Assembly (NCBI GenBank): GCA_965248575.1
Contig: CBDFJQ010000002.1
Coordinates: 480,001 to 544,000, forward strand
Length of the DNA: 64,000 nt
Direction: 5' to 3'
From: Planctomycetota bacterium
Lineage (GTDB): Bacteria; Planctomycetota; B15-G4
Of this stretch, positions 30,901 through 40,655 are shown piece by piece. The notes beneath the pieces are model-generated. The model searched no databases. It was not told the DNA's origin and worked only from the letters and a program-made list of their open reading frames with translations. The translations under genes and the position numbers were made by a program. The number at the start of each line of letters is the position of its first letter. Position 1 is the first letter of the stretch.

Positions 30901-33458
30901 CGCCGGAGCTGGTGATCCCTTGGTCCGACGGTCGCCTCTCTGCGGAGTTCGAGCTGCAGCACGGCCCGGCTGAGTCGGGTGGCAATTCGGTGCATGCGAC
31001 GCTGTCGAATCTCAGCTTTGGTGAAGCTGCCGAGGGTGCCGGTCACACGTCCTACTTTGGCGTGGAGCACCTGGCTCTGCGGGCTCCGCGCTTGGATCCC
31101 GAGGGTGGTCTGATCCACATCGAGTCGCTGGAGCTCACGGGCGTGACCGTGGATGGTGCGCAGCGGCCGGACGGCGGCTTGACCCTGTTCGGCATCGAGC
31201 TGTCGGCCCCGGTGTCCGAGGGCCAGGTGGACGTCGCCCAGGATGTCTCAGGCGCCGCCCCTGAGGCCGGGGACGAGGCCGGGGATGAGGCCGGTGAAGT
31301 GGCCGGTGAAGTGGCACAGGGAGCGACGTCCGGAAAGCCGGGCGCGTCCGAATTGCCTTCCACTCCTGACTCCATGGATGCGCCCGCCGTCGACTTGCCT
31401 GAGTTCCGGCTGGATCGCCTGGACCTGCAGCTAGCGCGCCTGCGCCTGGTGCGCAATGAGGGGCCCCCTTTGGGCATCTCCAACCTGCGCCTGCAGACTC
31501 TCGAGCCCATCGTGCAGCTGGGTGAAGACCCTGAATCCCAGGGCACGATCCATCTGGGGCTGACGGGGAGCGTCGAGCCAGACGCTGCCGAGTTGGCGCT
31601 GGATCTGAAGCTCGCACCCTTCGCACCGGAGCCGACGCTGCAGATGACCTTGGACGTCACCGAGCTGCGGGGGTCGGGCTTGTTGCAGTGGGCCCCGGGC
31701 CTGGAGCAGACGGTGGATGCCAGCGGTCTCACCGAGGGAGCCTTCCACGCCGGCCTCGAGCTGGTGGCGCACGTCGCTCGTCGATCCGCTCTCGAGCTTC
31801 GCTTGGAGGAGGGTCTGGGAGTGGAGGTGGCCCTGACCGATGTAGCGCTCCGGGAGCACCCGGACGGGGAGCCGACCCTGGGTGTGGACGAGGTGCTGCT
31901 GGACGTGGCGCGATTCGTGCCGCACACCGGCGGGCTGCACGTTCGCTCGCTGGAGATCCAGACACCCCGGGCCCATCTCGTGCAGCGCGCTGACGGCTTG
32001 CACGTCGCGGGGCTGCGGCTGATTCCAGCGCCCGAGGAAGCGGAAGATGGCTCCGGCGAGGAGGCACCGGAGGACGTTGTCGCGCAAGAATCGTCGGCCT
32101 CCGAGCTGCCCGTCGAGCCGACCGTCGAGCTACCCGTCGAAGAAGAGGCGGAGCGGCGCGTGGACGAGTTTCTCGTCACCGGGATTGATGTGTCCTACAC
32201 CGACGAAACCACCGAGCCCGTGTTCATTCTCCCGCTGCGAGAGCTGGAAGTGGACGCGCGCAACCTCACGTCGCGGGCTTTGAAGGAGCCTCTGTCCCTG
32301 CGCACCAGCACCCTACTGGGCATCGGTGCGGCGGAAGACGAGCAGGCCACCATCGGAGAGGTCGCCCTGCTCACGGATGTGAGCTTGTTTCCCGAGCTGA
32401 CCGGCGGCGTGAAGTTCAACGTGAGTTCGCTGGAGGTGCTGCCCTTCAGCGGGCCTGCTTCGGCCGCAGGGGTCACCCTCAACAAGGGGGTGGTGGACGT
32501 GACGACGGGCGTCTACTTCCCGGGCGACGGTGTCACGGAAGTGGACACCTCGCTGCAGCTCACCGACCTGGACATCTCCGAAGGTCCGGACGGCCCGCTG
32601 GAGCGCATCCTGAGCCTTCCGGCTCCCTTGGACGTCGTGCTCTTCGTGCTGCGGGACGAGTCCGGCACGATCGGCATCCCGCTCTCCTTCGAGATGGACG
32701 AAGACGGGCTCTCCCTGCTGTCCTTGAGTGGGGCGGCAGTCTCGGCACTGAGTTCCTTGGTGGTGAGCGCGGTGGCCAGCTCACCCTTCCGCATGGCCAG
32801 CGCGCTCGGGGAGCTCACCGGCTTGTCCGGCGCGGAGGAAGAGCGCGATCTGGAACCCGTGCTGGTTGACTATGCCCCTGCCTCGCCCTTTGTTCTGGAG
32901 CCTACGGACGCCGCGTTCAGTGAGTTGCACGCGAGGCTGATCGAGGATCCCAGGCTCGTGGTGACCCTGCGGCATGAGTTCGGAAAAGAAGACGTGGCCC
33001 TGGTGTCGCAACGGGCCAACCCTTCCGAGCAGACGTGCCTCGCTCTCTTGTCTGAGCTTCGTGCCCACAAGGCAGACCTGCTGAGCGAGCGGGCCGCCGC
33101 CGAAGAGGCCGCCCGCGCAGCGTTGTTCACGCGGGGTGCCGCGCACGGCGCCGAGGAGAGGCGCCTGCTGGGCGAGGTGGATCGTCGCTTGGGAGAGACG
33201 GAACGGGCGTTGGATGAATTGGTGGAGGTGCTGCGCCCCGGTGCAGACCGCAAACGGAAGACGCGCACCAAGACGGCATCCCTCGAGTTGGGCAACCTGC
33301 GCCTGGCTGAGACCCGTCGAGAGATCCTCGGCAGCAACGCTCGGGAAGCGGCGCGGCTGGCAGAGCGGGTGCGGGTGGTCCGGGCGCGTTACAAGGATGC
33401 TGAGCTTCCGTCCGGAGGACGGGTGACGCTGGAGTTCTCGGCGAAGACGGCCGAGTGA
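27903..33458 (+). CDS. Large AsmA-like / DUF748 repeat protein (about 1850 aa)
   Basis: N-terminal basic patch plus TM; repeated beta-rich units ('RRAADGSLEVGGFRL', 'QRADGLHVAGLRL'); C-terminal VLRDESGTIGIPL motif and OmpA-like end. Confidence 0.75.
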   Translation: MSASSPQAQALKTLSVQPRKKRSRLRRVLIVLAVILLVARLSLSVMLPGLVAGLAEDSGLTCSWRSLELSFFGGELELWHLTLDEDPGQTGASPDVGDENALLFLEYVRADVAMLHLFVGELVVRRVEADGVDVLLELDENGQPRILETLARAEAAGDTRAEEPEPGRSAEVARGEPGKVPKNGGEQLTEPEAFDPDEPLPALLPAIELDALRLQHVQLRVRETEGASPLDLGLSLNLRVSDLSAPERSTRLELTIQALPTLDVLSVRGEMNAVGRTLDAQLRVDMQGLQLSTLGQILAPLGVEPVAFQQDFGFSAAVHVRPAEGAGKEGTGLSPLALAVSAQLDDLALSADGVESAAIDQVLVEVAALDGGMLDVSRVLVQGVRAHAELRPSGALRVAGVDLGPTAGSGRAKPEPIEDEPQTDAGAGMQLARLNELGVHDLELRFVDSSLPDARSFVLSMPGLEIMGLNAQAPEEEARLSVELLLPGILDRVSVIGALAPFATPQRYTLAVDGAGLNPVALDPYLGPAGITPDGEPTQLRFELGAELSSDDTGVAAEAWLRDLSLQGAETWLALGEVALSGVQKPAAGDSLRVAEVRVSGGRVFARRSLDGSLALFGMRMGEAPAGDPSRSADVSEPLSANARAAGSTPGSAARTAVTVPATADPGSGSGFRLELGRLLLNDHAVVFDDERYGPLSLEHVRAVAGPLQFGPGALAGTSQLLLSGELPGILEKLKLSGELLTSESRLELGLDVGLSGITAQALAPYLEPAGVVSELEAGRVTARVDVGVGLPDELAGRGLTLDARVSDIVYGDGEQRFLSVSELRVDGLEASRGRLDLARVAVVGPVLRARRAADGSLEVGGFRLGEAAAESGREPDSEPAAEPGTSEASPTSTAQTTAPSPATVTSLDRLDVSGARVEWQDAGVQPAVQLQASLDAHVTQLVLGERASPAEYALTLGLPGLMERLSLTGQIAAGPEQQRVQTVLDVQGLQVRGVQSYLPPELVIPWSDGRLSAEFELQHGPAESGGNSVHATLSNLSFGEAAEGAGHTSYFGVEHLALRAPRLDPEGGLIHIESLELTGVTVDGAQRPDGGLTLFGIELSAPVSEGQVDVAQDVSGAAPEAGDEAGDEAGEVAGEVAQGATSGKPGASELPSTPDSMDAPAVDLPEFRLDRLDLQLARLRLVRNEGPPLGISNLRLQTLEPIVQLGEDPESQGTIHLGLTGSVEPDAAELALDLKLAPFAPEPTLQMTLDVTELRGSGLLQWAPGLEQTVDASGLTEGAFHAGLELVAHVARRSALELRLEEGLGVEVALTDVALREHPDGEPTLGVDEVLLDVARFVPHTGGLHVRSLEIQTPRAHLVQRADGLHVAGLRLIPAPEEAEDGSGEEAPEDVVAQESSASELPVEPTVELPVEEEAERRVDEFLVTGIDVSYTDETTEPVFILPLRELEVDARNLTSRALKEPLSLRTSTLLGIGAAEDEQATIGEVALLTDVSLFPELTGGVKFNVSSLEVLPFSGPASAAGVTLNKGVVDVTTGVYFPGDGVTEVDTSLQLTDLDISEGPDGPLERILSLPAPLDVVLFVLRDESGTIGIPLSFEMDEDGLSLLSLSGAAVSALSSLVVSAVASSPFRMASALGELTGLSGAEEERDLEPVLVDYAPASPFVLEPTDAAFSELHARLIEDPRLVVTLRHEFGKEDVALVSQRANPSEQTCLALLSELRAHKADLLSERAAAEEAARAALFTRGAAHGAEERRLLGEVDRRLGETERALDELVEVLRPGADRKRKTRTKTASLELGNLRLAETRREILGSNAREAARLAERVRVVRARYKDAELPSGGRVTLEFSAKTAE

Positions 33459-33482
33459 CCAGGGGGTGGGCCCGACCGTCTG

Positions 33483-36095
33483 TCAGGCCGGGGCCTTGGA
33501 GGGAGCGCGCTTGCCGGAGGTGAGCGATGTGGCGAGGCTCGAGAGCTGGATCTCGGCCTGGCTCAGCTCCTGCTTGGCGGTACTCGCCTGGGTCTCGAGG
33601 CTGCGACGCTGACGTTCGGCAGCGGCTGCGCGCTGGAAAGCTTCGCGCGCCTTGCGTTCCAGTGCCTCCTCGCGCCGCGAGCGTGAGCCGTCGCTCTCGG
33701 TGGGGTGCTCGAGCTTGTACTGGTCGATCTGTTCCAGCGCCTTGAGTGCGCTGCGCCGACTGTCCTGGGCATTCTTGTGGGCAGGCACCAGGTCCGCCTC
33801 GAGCCGGTCGATCAGTTTCTTGAGTGCTCGAGCCGCATCCCCCAGCGCCGCCATCTCTCCGGGAGCACCCTGTTCGGGGTCGGCGTCCAGAGCGACATCG
33901 TCCACGGCCCGAACCAACGCCACCGCAGGAAGGTGCTGGAGCATGGGGCCCACGGGGCGGCCATAGGCATCGAGCGCGGAAAGCCCGCGCATGCGCAGGG
34001 AGGCGAACACCATGCAGGCATCGCCCGACTCGCGGAAGAACACGTCCGAGGTCATCTCCGAGACGATGTGCACCTCGGCTTCAATGCGAACCTCTTCCAG
34101 GGTTTCCCGGAGCTGTTCCTCCATGGGCCCACGCGAGCGCTTGTTGACGGCGAGGATCAAGCGCAGCGTGGCGTTCTCCCACATGGGATCGCGAGTCATC
34201 ATGTACGCCAGCAGCAGCATCAGTCGACCGGATTTGTCCGGCGACCACCAGATGTCGATGCGGCGTTGCTGCGGTGGCTTGCTGGCGACGGTGACCCAGT
34301 CGTCGGACAGTCCGTCAAACAGCACGACGTTCACACCGAGGGTGGCTGCGGAGAGCACACGCTCGGAGAGGCGTTCGCTTTCGGCGTCGCCAGCGCCGTC
34401 CACCTGGTCACACCAGTTCAGGAGGATGGTGTTGGCTTTCAGCGGCCCCAGGCCGTGCGACTGGATCACGGTGCGGGCCGCGATCTCCGTCGACGGCGCC
34501 GTGACCACCAAGGGGAAGGCCTTGAGGTCATGGGCTTCGAGATCCTCTTCCAGTTCCTTGCGCGCGAGAGCGCAGCGCTGGAGGGCTGCCTGCCCTTGGC
34601 CCTCGAGCACCTGCACGATGGTGGTCATGCCCGCGCCGCCTTCGATCCAGTTGGCGAAGCGTAGGGCCGGGGCGCGCCGACGTGTGGTGTCCGAGAAGAA
34701 GAGCAGGTGCGGGCGCCAGTTGCGCGCATGCACGGGTTCCTTGGACATCAGTTTCAGGTTCTTGCGAACCGCGTGGAAGTACTGATCCCGGCGCCCGTCA
34801 CTCCAGCGCTTCTGGCCCGAGATGCGCTGGACGAAACGCTGAAGCAGGAAGAGGAACGTGAGGGCTGCGAGGCTGGCGATGACGTTGATGGCCAGCATGA
34901 CTCCCAGACACGCCACGGCACCCAACATGCTGGTGCGCATGTTGAACCACCGGAACCTGGGCCGGAACGAGGGGCTCTGGGCGATGGCCTCCAGGGCCGT
35001 CGCGTAGTTGAGCAGGCCGTAGGAAATCAGGAAGAACATCGACACCACGGGGGCGATGACATCCACGCCACCCAAGCCCACGACACCCAAGGAGATCCCC
35101 AAGGTCAGGAGGGTCCCCAGGCGTGGGTTGTTGGACGGGCCGAAGCCCTTGGAGAAGGGGCCGAGCCCCGGAAAGATCTTGTCGGACGCCAGGGCCTGGA
35201 GGATGCGCGGTGCACCCATGAACGAGGCCAAGGCGGAGGAGAGGGTGGCCGCGACGAGACCGGCTGTCATCAGGGCGGGCAGGACCGAAATGGTGTTCAT
35301 GGCCTCGTAGTCGGCCGTGAGTTCCGCGGACGTCAAGCTGCCGGCAGCGAAGACGGCTGCCGTGCCGTAGACGATCAGCGAAACGAAGATCGCTGCGAAG
35401 GTCCCAGACGGCAGGCTGCGGCTCGGGTTGCGCAGGTCGCCGCTCATGCTCACCCCTTGGGTGAAACCGGTGACCGCCGGAAAGAAGAGCGCGAAGAGGA
35501 CCCAGAAGCCTGGTGCGTCCGGCGCGCGTGTGTTCCAATTCTGCTGCAGTTGCTGGACATCGAAGGCCTGGTACCCGCCGATGAAGAAGGAGGCCAGGGC
35601 TGCCACCAGGGCGGCCATGACCACGTACTGCAAGCGCGTGGCCCAGTCGCTGCCCAACCAGGCGAAGGCGAACAAGAACAGGGTGGCTGCTGCTGCCACG
35701 CCCGTGGCTCCGATAGGCGAACCCTCCGGCAGCATGAGCGCCACGGCCTCCCCGAGACCGATGCAGTAGAAAGCCACGGAGATGGACTGGGCTAGGTACA
35801 GCACGATGCCCAGGGCGCCACCGTAAGTGACCCCCAGGCTGCGAGAGATCAGGTAGTAGTCCCCGCCGCCTTTCACCCGCATGTTCGTGGCGATGGCGGA
35901 GAGCGACGTGCTGGTGAGGATCGAGATGGTGTGGGCGATGCAGAGGATCAGCAACATCTGCATCAAGCCGGCGCCGCCCACCACATACCCGAGGCGCCGG
36001 AAGAGGATCAGCCCGAGGATGGTCAGGATGCTGGGGGTGAAGACACCTGCGAAGGTGCCCAGACCGGTGGCGGGTTTTGGCTCGGGGTTCGACAT
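33483..36095 (-). CDS. Cation-chloride cotransporter (SLC12-like) family permease
   Basis: GVFTPSILTILG, SAIATN..VKGGGDYYLISRSLG, FFPAVTG, SGDLRNP, APRILQALA, RNWRPH. Confidence 0.9.
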   Translation of the reverse strand: MSNPEPKPATGLGTFAGVFTPSILTILGLILFRRLGYVVGGAGLMQMLLILCIAHTISILTSTSLSAIATNMRVKGGGDYYLISRSLGVTYGGALGIVLYLAQSISVAFYCIGLGEAVALMLPEGSPIGATGVAAAATLFLFAFAWLGSDWATRLQYVVMAALVAALASFFIGGYQAFDVQQLQQNWNTRAPDAPGFWVLFALFFPAVTGFTQGVSMSGDLRNPSRSLPSGTFAAIFVSLIVYGTAAVFAAGSLTSAELTADYEAMNTISVLPALMTAGLVAATLSSALASFMGAPRILQALASDKIFPGLGPFSKGFGPSNNPRLGTLLTLGISLGVVGLGGVDVIAPVVSMFFLISYGLLNYATALEAIAQSPSFRPRFRWFNMRTSMLGAVACLGVMLAINVIASLAALTFLFLLQRFVQRISGQKRWSDGRRDQYFHAVRKNLKLMSKEPVHARNWRPHLLFFSDTTRRRAPALRFANWIEGGAGMTTIVQVLEGQGQAALQRCALARKELEEDLEAHDLKAFPLVVTAPSTEIAARTVIQSHGLGPLKANTILLNWCDQVDGAGDAESERLSERVLSAATLGVNVVLFDGLSDDWVTVASKPPQQRRIDIWWSPDKSGRLMLLLAYMMTRDPMWENATLRLILAVNKRSRGPMEEQLRETLEEVRIEAEVHIVSEMTSDVFFRESGDACMVFASLRMRGLSALDAYGRPVGPMLQHLPAVALVRAVDDVALDADPEQGAPGEMAALGDAARALKKLIDRLEADLVPAHKNAQDSRRSALKALEQIDQYKLEHPTESDGSRSRREEALERKAREAFQRAAAAERQRRSLETQASTAKQELSQAEIQLSSLATSLTSGKRAPSKAPA

Positions 36096-36202
36096 GGTGG
36101 ATCCGCCCCTGGTCGGGCGGACCCTCCTCTATCGGACGCAGGCGGGGGGGACCTTCACTGCGGTTGAGGGGCCCCGAGGGCCCAAAGAGCTAGGCCGAGC
36201 CC

Positions 36203-39200
36203 TCAGCGGAGGGGAGCTGCCGCCCCTGTGCCTGGCCCGGGCTTGGTGCTGCCCGTGAGCATGATGGCGTGGGGGTGCCTCTGGGCCAGCACACCCCGCA
36301 GTCTCTGCATGATCTCGGCCGTCTGAAGCAGGGAATTGCCCGATCCGGCGCGCTCCCGCAGGGCCTGGGGCAGGATGCGCAACCCGTCGAAGTGGTAGAC
36401 GTCCAGCCAGAAGTCGGCGCTGCTGAGCAGGAAGCTCTCAGCCTTGCCGCGCCGGACCTCCTCGGAGTCACCGCAGGCGAGCGCCGCTAATGATTCGGCC
36501 GAGAGGCTGGTGCCAGCGGGCGGCCAGGTGAGCAGCACGCCCACGTCGGCCTGGTGCAATGAGTCCACCATGCGCATCACATCGTGTGGGGTGCCCAGGC
36601 GGGCATCGGGCGCGAAGTCCGCAGAGAGCTGGGATCCATCGGCGAGTTCCCTGCTCTCCATCAGGCGTGGGAGCACGACGAGGGTCCGTTGGCAAGGCAG
36701 CGTCCGTTGGCGAGGCCTGTTGCGCGCCTTCTTGCCCCGCACGAACTCGAGGATCTGGGCGCACAGGGTGTCGGCGCTCTGCCGACCCCAGAGCTCAGCC
36801 GGGAGCTCCAGGACGTTGGGCGGGGCGGAGGCTTGGCCGCGCAGTGCGCACCAGCTCTCGTCGCCCCAACGATAGGGTCGCGAGGCGGCTGCGGCGCAGT
36901 CGCCGGTGCCGATCGGGAAGTGACGCGCTGCCGGGTCATGCTCCGTGCGTGTCTGACCCTGTGCGCTGACGCGAAAGCGATAGCGGTCGTCGTCTGAGGG
37001 TCGGGCGGGTCGACCCGGCACGAACACCTCCCAGAGATCGTCGCCGCGGGACTCCATGGGGAAGAACCGGCCTCTGCGCACGTCCTCCAGTTCCACGAGT
37101 TGTGCACCGCTCGACCAGCACAGGGCGTGCAGGCCCGAGACTTCATCAACCAGCACGCGCGAGGCGCCGAGGCGCTCATGCAGGTGCAAGTGTCGACCGG
37201 TGCGGAACAGCGCGCGGTCAGCCGCAGTCAGGACCGTGGGGTTGGGCGATTCCGCGAATTCGTGCGCGGCAGAAGGGAACGGCTGACGCCGCGCCGTGGA
37301 GAGGGTTTTCAGCGCCGCCTCCAGGCGTGGCTGCAAGTCGGGGTCGCTGCGCCATGCTTCGGGGCCGAAGAGCGCGCGCCGGCGCCAGTTCGGTCGTTCG
37401 CGGTGCGTGCCAGGCACATTGTGCGGCCGCGCTTCCTGCCAGAGATCCTCGAGGCTCACGAGCACCAAGGGCGAGGATCCTCGCGCGAGTTGCGTCAGGC
37501 AGGCCAGGGCCAGGGAGCTATCGCTTTCGGGTTCCGACTCGGGTGGGCTGCGGCTCAGCAGGCCTTCTCCGCGCAACCAACGCCGCAGGTCGGAGATCAA
37601 CCGGCTCCGGGCCTGGGTCGCGTCGCGGGCGCCTGCCTCCGTGAACAGTCCGAGCTCGAGCAGATCGTCGATGTCGAGCCCGCGTCGAAAGGCCTCGAAG
37701 GTGGGTGTGTCGTGGGTGTTCAGGCTGGTCATCGCGGACGGGTTGGGAAGGCTGGGCCCTCCGCCCGCCAAGTCGAACTGCATGACGCCCAGGCGCGTGA
37801 TGTTGTGTCGCTGCATGGACGAGCGCACGGTGCGGGGAACCGTTCCCAGGTCTTCACCGACGATGGAGGCCCGGTGCCGATGAGATTCGAGGCAGAGCAC
37901 CGCGTACTGCTCCTCGGCGCGAGTTCGCACGTAGACACCCTGGGTGGCGTCCATGCCATGGGGCACCCAGTACAGCCGGTGCAGGGACATGACGTGGTCC
38001 ATGCGCAGCGTGGACGCGAGCTCGAGGTGGTGCCGCAAGGTCGCCGCCAGGTCGCGGTATCCGTCGGCCCGTACGGCGTCCGGAATGCGGGGCGGGAAGC
38101 CCCAGGACTGGCCCTTGGTGAAGAAGGTGTCGGGCGGTGCGCCGGCGCTCATGCGGTGGGCGAACAGCTGGGGGTGGCGCCAGGTGTCGAATCCGCTTCC
38201 GTGCACGCCGAGCGGAAGGTCGAGCAGCAGTCCTGTGCCCGTCTGGGCTCCGAGTTCTGCGGTCGCCTTCAGCTGAAGGTGGCTGACCCACTGGGCGTAG
38301 CCCCAGAAGTGGGTTCGCTGCGGGTCGTGGTCCGAAGCCCGGAGGTTGCCGGCCTGCATGCGCTCGGGCCAGAGCTGCCAGCCGCTCTGGCGCATGTCGA
38401 CTGCGGCGCGGAAGCGCGCGTACTCGGCGATCTGCGGGCGTTCCCGGAGGAAGGCCGACAGCGCATCCATCCGTTGCCCACCCTGCTGGGCGCAGCGGGA
38501 CGCCATGGCCTCCAGGACCGGCCGCTTCAAAGCCCAGAGCCGGCGGTAGTCCAAGGTTTCAGCGTTGGAGAGTTGGGAGCGTTCGGCGGCCCATTCCGCC
38601 GACTCCATGAGCTGGCGTGCGGCGTCGCTCGACGCAAACTCCGGCTCACGGGTTGGGTCGATGAAGAGTTCGTTCCAGCACTGCCGGCTCGTGGGTGAGT
38701 AGGGGCTGGGCTCGAAGAGCGGGTCTTCGAGGAAGGCTGGCAGCAGCGGCAAGGTGGCCACGGATTGGCCACCCGCCTCGCCCGTCCAGCGCACCAGCTC
38801 TTGCAGCAGACTGTAGTCTCCGCAGCCCCAATCGTCGGCGCCGCGCAGGGCATAGGTGGGGAGGAATGAGCCCCAGGCTCGGCCTGGGGGCTCGGCGTAG
38901 GCCCGCACCGGGGCGGAGATCACGTGCACCTGCGCCTGTCGGCCGCCAGCTTGGACGTGGAGCCGGTGGAATCCCCAGGGCAGTCTGAGCCGGGTGTCCC
39001 AGCGGTAGGTGAGCACCTGTTCGCCGTCCAGATGAGCGCTGCGTCCGCGGGCCACGAGCGGCAGGTCGTCCAAGTGCCGATGCAGCGACTGGATGTCGCC
39101 CCCCTCCAGCTGGAAGGACGCGCTGGCAAGACCCTTGGGGTGCGGCCCCGCGAGGCGGATCTCCAAGGCGGGCAGCGCGCCGTTCCAGGCGACGAGCACC

Positions 39201-39412
39201 GGTTCCATGAGCGTGCGCGCGCGGCGGGCCCGGCGTTCCCGCAGGGCTGCGGGAACATCCCCGGGGCTCGTGATGGGTGCGCCCAAGGCAGCCAGGACGG
39301 CGACCAAGGTCTCCGAGCTAGCGATGTGTCGCTGGCCCTGCATGTCGTACGACCCGACCTGGACGCCATAGGCGTGGGCGAGGCGGTGGAGGTCGCTGGA
39401 CGGTGGGTTCAC
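36203..39412 (-). CDS. malQ: 4-alpha-glucanotransferase (GH77) with C-terminal GlgB-like remnant
   Basis: PSPYSPTSR, LDLPLG, GAPPDTFFTKGQSWGFP, LRMDHV, VGEDLG, THDTPT, NVPGT..RPNWRRR. Confidence 0.92.
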   Translation of the reverse strand: MNPPSSDLHRLAHAYGVQVGSYDMQGQRHIASSETLVAVLAALGAPITSPGDVPAALRERRARRARTLMEPVLVAWNGALPALEIRLAGPHPKGLASASFQLEGGDIQSLHRHLDDLPLVARGRSAHLDGEQVLTYRWDTRLRLPWGFHRLHVQAGGRQAQVHVISAPVRAYAEPPGRAWGSFLPTYALRGADDWGCGDYSLLQELVRWTGEAGGQSVATLPLLPAFLEDPLFEPSPYSPTSRQCWNELFIDPTREPEFASSDAARQLMESAEWAAERSQLSNAETLDYRRLWALKRPVLEAMASRCAQQGGQRMDALSAFLRERPQIAEYARFRAAVDMRQSGWQLWPERMQAGNLRASDHDPQRTHFWGYAQWVSHLQLKATAELGAQTGTGLLLDLPLGVHGSGFDTWRHPQLFAHRMSAGAPPDTFFTKGQSWGFPPRIPDAVRADGYRDLAATLRHHLELASTLRMDHVMSLHRLYWVPHGMDATQGVYVRTRAEEQYAVLCLESHRHRASIVGEDLGTVPRTVRSSMQRHNITRLGVMQFDLAGGGPSLPNPSAMTSLNTHDTPTFEAFRRGLDIDDLLELGLFTEAGARDATQARSRLISDLRRWLRGEGLLSRSPPESEPESDSSLALACLTQLARGSSPLVLVSLEDLWQEARPHNVPGTHRERPNWRRRALFGPEAWRSDPDLQPRLEAALKTLSTARRQPFPSAAHEFAESPNPTVLTAADRALFRTGRHLHLHERLGASRVLVDEVSGLHALCWSSGAQLVELEDVRRGRFFPMESRGDDLWEVFVPGRPARPSDDDRYRFRVSAQGQTRTEHDPAARHFPIGTGDCAAAASRPYRWGDESWCALRGQASAPPNVLELPAELWGRQSADTLCAQILEFVRGKKARNRPRQRTLPCQRTLVVLPRLMESRELADGSQLSADFAPDARLGTPHDVMRMVDSLHQADVGVLLTWPPAGTSLSAESLAALACGDSEEVRRGKAESFLLSSADFWLDVYHFDGLRILPQALRERAGSGNSLLQTAEIMQRLRGVLAQRHPHAIMLTGSTKPGPGTGAAAPLR

Positions 39413-39440
39413 GGGAGCGACGAGTGCGGCGGGGCTGGCG

Positions 39441-40655
39441 TCAGACCGTCACCAGGTCTTCGTAAAGGGTGTCACGCAGGACGGGGACGCGGCCAGTCTC
39501 GCGGATCAATGAGCCGAGGCGTTCCGTGGTGAGTCCCTGGGGTGTCGTGGCGCCTGCGTCGTGGGTGATGTGTTCTTCAACCACCGTGCCATCGATGTCG
39601 TCCGCACCATAGTGCAGCGCGATCTGGGCGATGCGCAGACCGACCATGACCCAGTAGGCCTTGACGTGCGGGATGTTGTCGAGCATGAGGCGAGCGATGG
39701 CGATGGTCCGCAGGGCATCCAGCCCCGTGGTCTTGCCCAGCCGCTGCAGCGGTGTGTTCTCAGGGTGAAACACGAGCGGGATGAACTGCATGATGCCGCT
39801 CGTCTCATCCTGGAGCTGGCGGATCTGGTCCATGTGGTCCAGGCGCTCGTCCGTGGTCTCGATGTGGCCGAACAGCATCGTGGCGTTGGACTTGAGACCG
39901 GCGCCATGCACCACTCGGGCTGCCTCCAGCCACTCGGCGGGGGGCAGCTTGCCGTTGTAGAGCTTGCGGTGCACACGTTCGCTGAGCACCTCGGCGCCGC
40001 CTCCCGGGCAGGAGTCCAGGCCCGCTTCCTTGAGTTCGCGGACGACGATGCCCAGGGGCTTGTCCGCCTGCTTCGCGATCTCGTTCAGCTCGATCATCGT
40101 GAAGCCCTTGATGTGCAGATGGGGCCTCGTCTTCTTGATGGTTCGCAGCAGGTCGAGGTAGTACTCGTAGGGCAGCTCGGGGTGGATGCCGCCCACGACG
40201 TGTACTTCCTTCATGCCGTCGGTGAACTCGTTGCCGATGCGGTTGGCAACGAAGTCCATGTCCATGGTGATGGCGTCGTCTTCGTGCCCGCTGCGCCGGA
40301 ACGCACAGAACATGCACTTGTAGGCGCAGACGTTCGTGTAGTTCAGGTGGCGGTTGAAGGTGAAGGTCGTGCGGTTTCCGTTGCGCAGCTCCGTCAGCCA
40401 GTTGGCGAGGGCACCCACGCCGGTGAGGTCCTGCGTGGCGAACAACACCTGGCCGTCTTCGACGCTGAGACGCTCCCCCGCGAAGACCTTGTCGCGGATG
40501 GGCAGCAGCTCGGGCGCCAGATCACTGAGAGCATCCGTGACAGGGGTGAAGCCATCCTGGGGCCCTTGGTTGCTCGGGAGTAGCGGGTAGGGAGAGACCG
40601 AGGGCACCAAGGTGCCGTCCCTCAAGGTGATGGGGCCTGCCGTCACGAGACTCAT
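39441..40655 (-). CDS. mqnE: Aminofutalosine synthase (radical SAM)
   Basis: NYTNVCAYKCMFCAF, EVHVVGGIHP, FIPLVFHPENT, HVKAYW, GADDIDGTVVEE. Confidence 0.9.
   Translation of the reverse strand: MSLVTAGPITLRDGTLVPSVSPYPLLPSNQGPQDGFTPVTDALSDLAPELLPIRDKVFAGERLSVEDGQVLFATQDLTGVGALANWLTELRNGNRTTFTFNRHLNYTNVCAYKCMFCAFRRSGHEDDAITMDMDFVANRIGNEFTDGMKEVHVVGGIHPELPYEYYLDLLRTIKKTRPHLHIKGFTMIELNEIAKQADKPLGIVVRELKEAGLDSCPGGGAEVLSERVHRKLYNGKLPPAEWLEAARVVHGAGLKSNATMLFGHIETTDERLDHMDQIRQLQDETSGIMQFIPLVFHPENTPLQRLGKTTGLDALRTIAIARLMLDNIPHVKAYWVMVGLRIAQIALHYGADDIDGTVVEEHITHDAGATTPQGLTTERLGSLIRETGRVPVLRDTLYEDLVTV

Noticed and set aside
31262..31315. 12-bp tandem repeats (EAGD/VAGE); similar short repeats near 19195-19225
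   Set aside because: Short slippage-type repeats in a linker or intergenic gap; no spacers, so not CRISPR.
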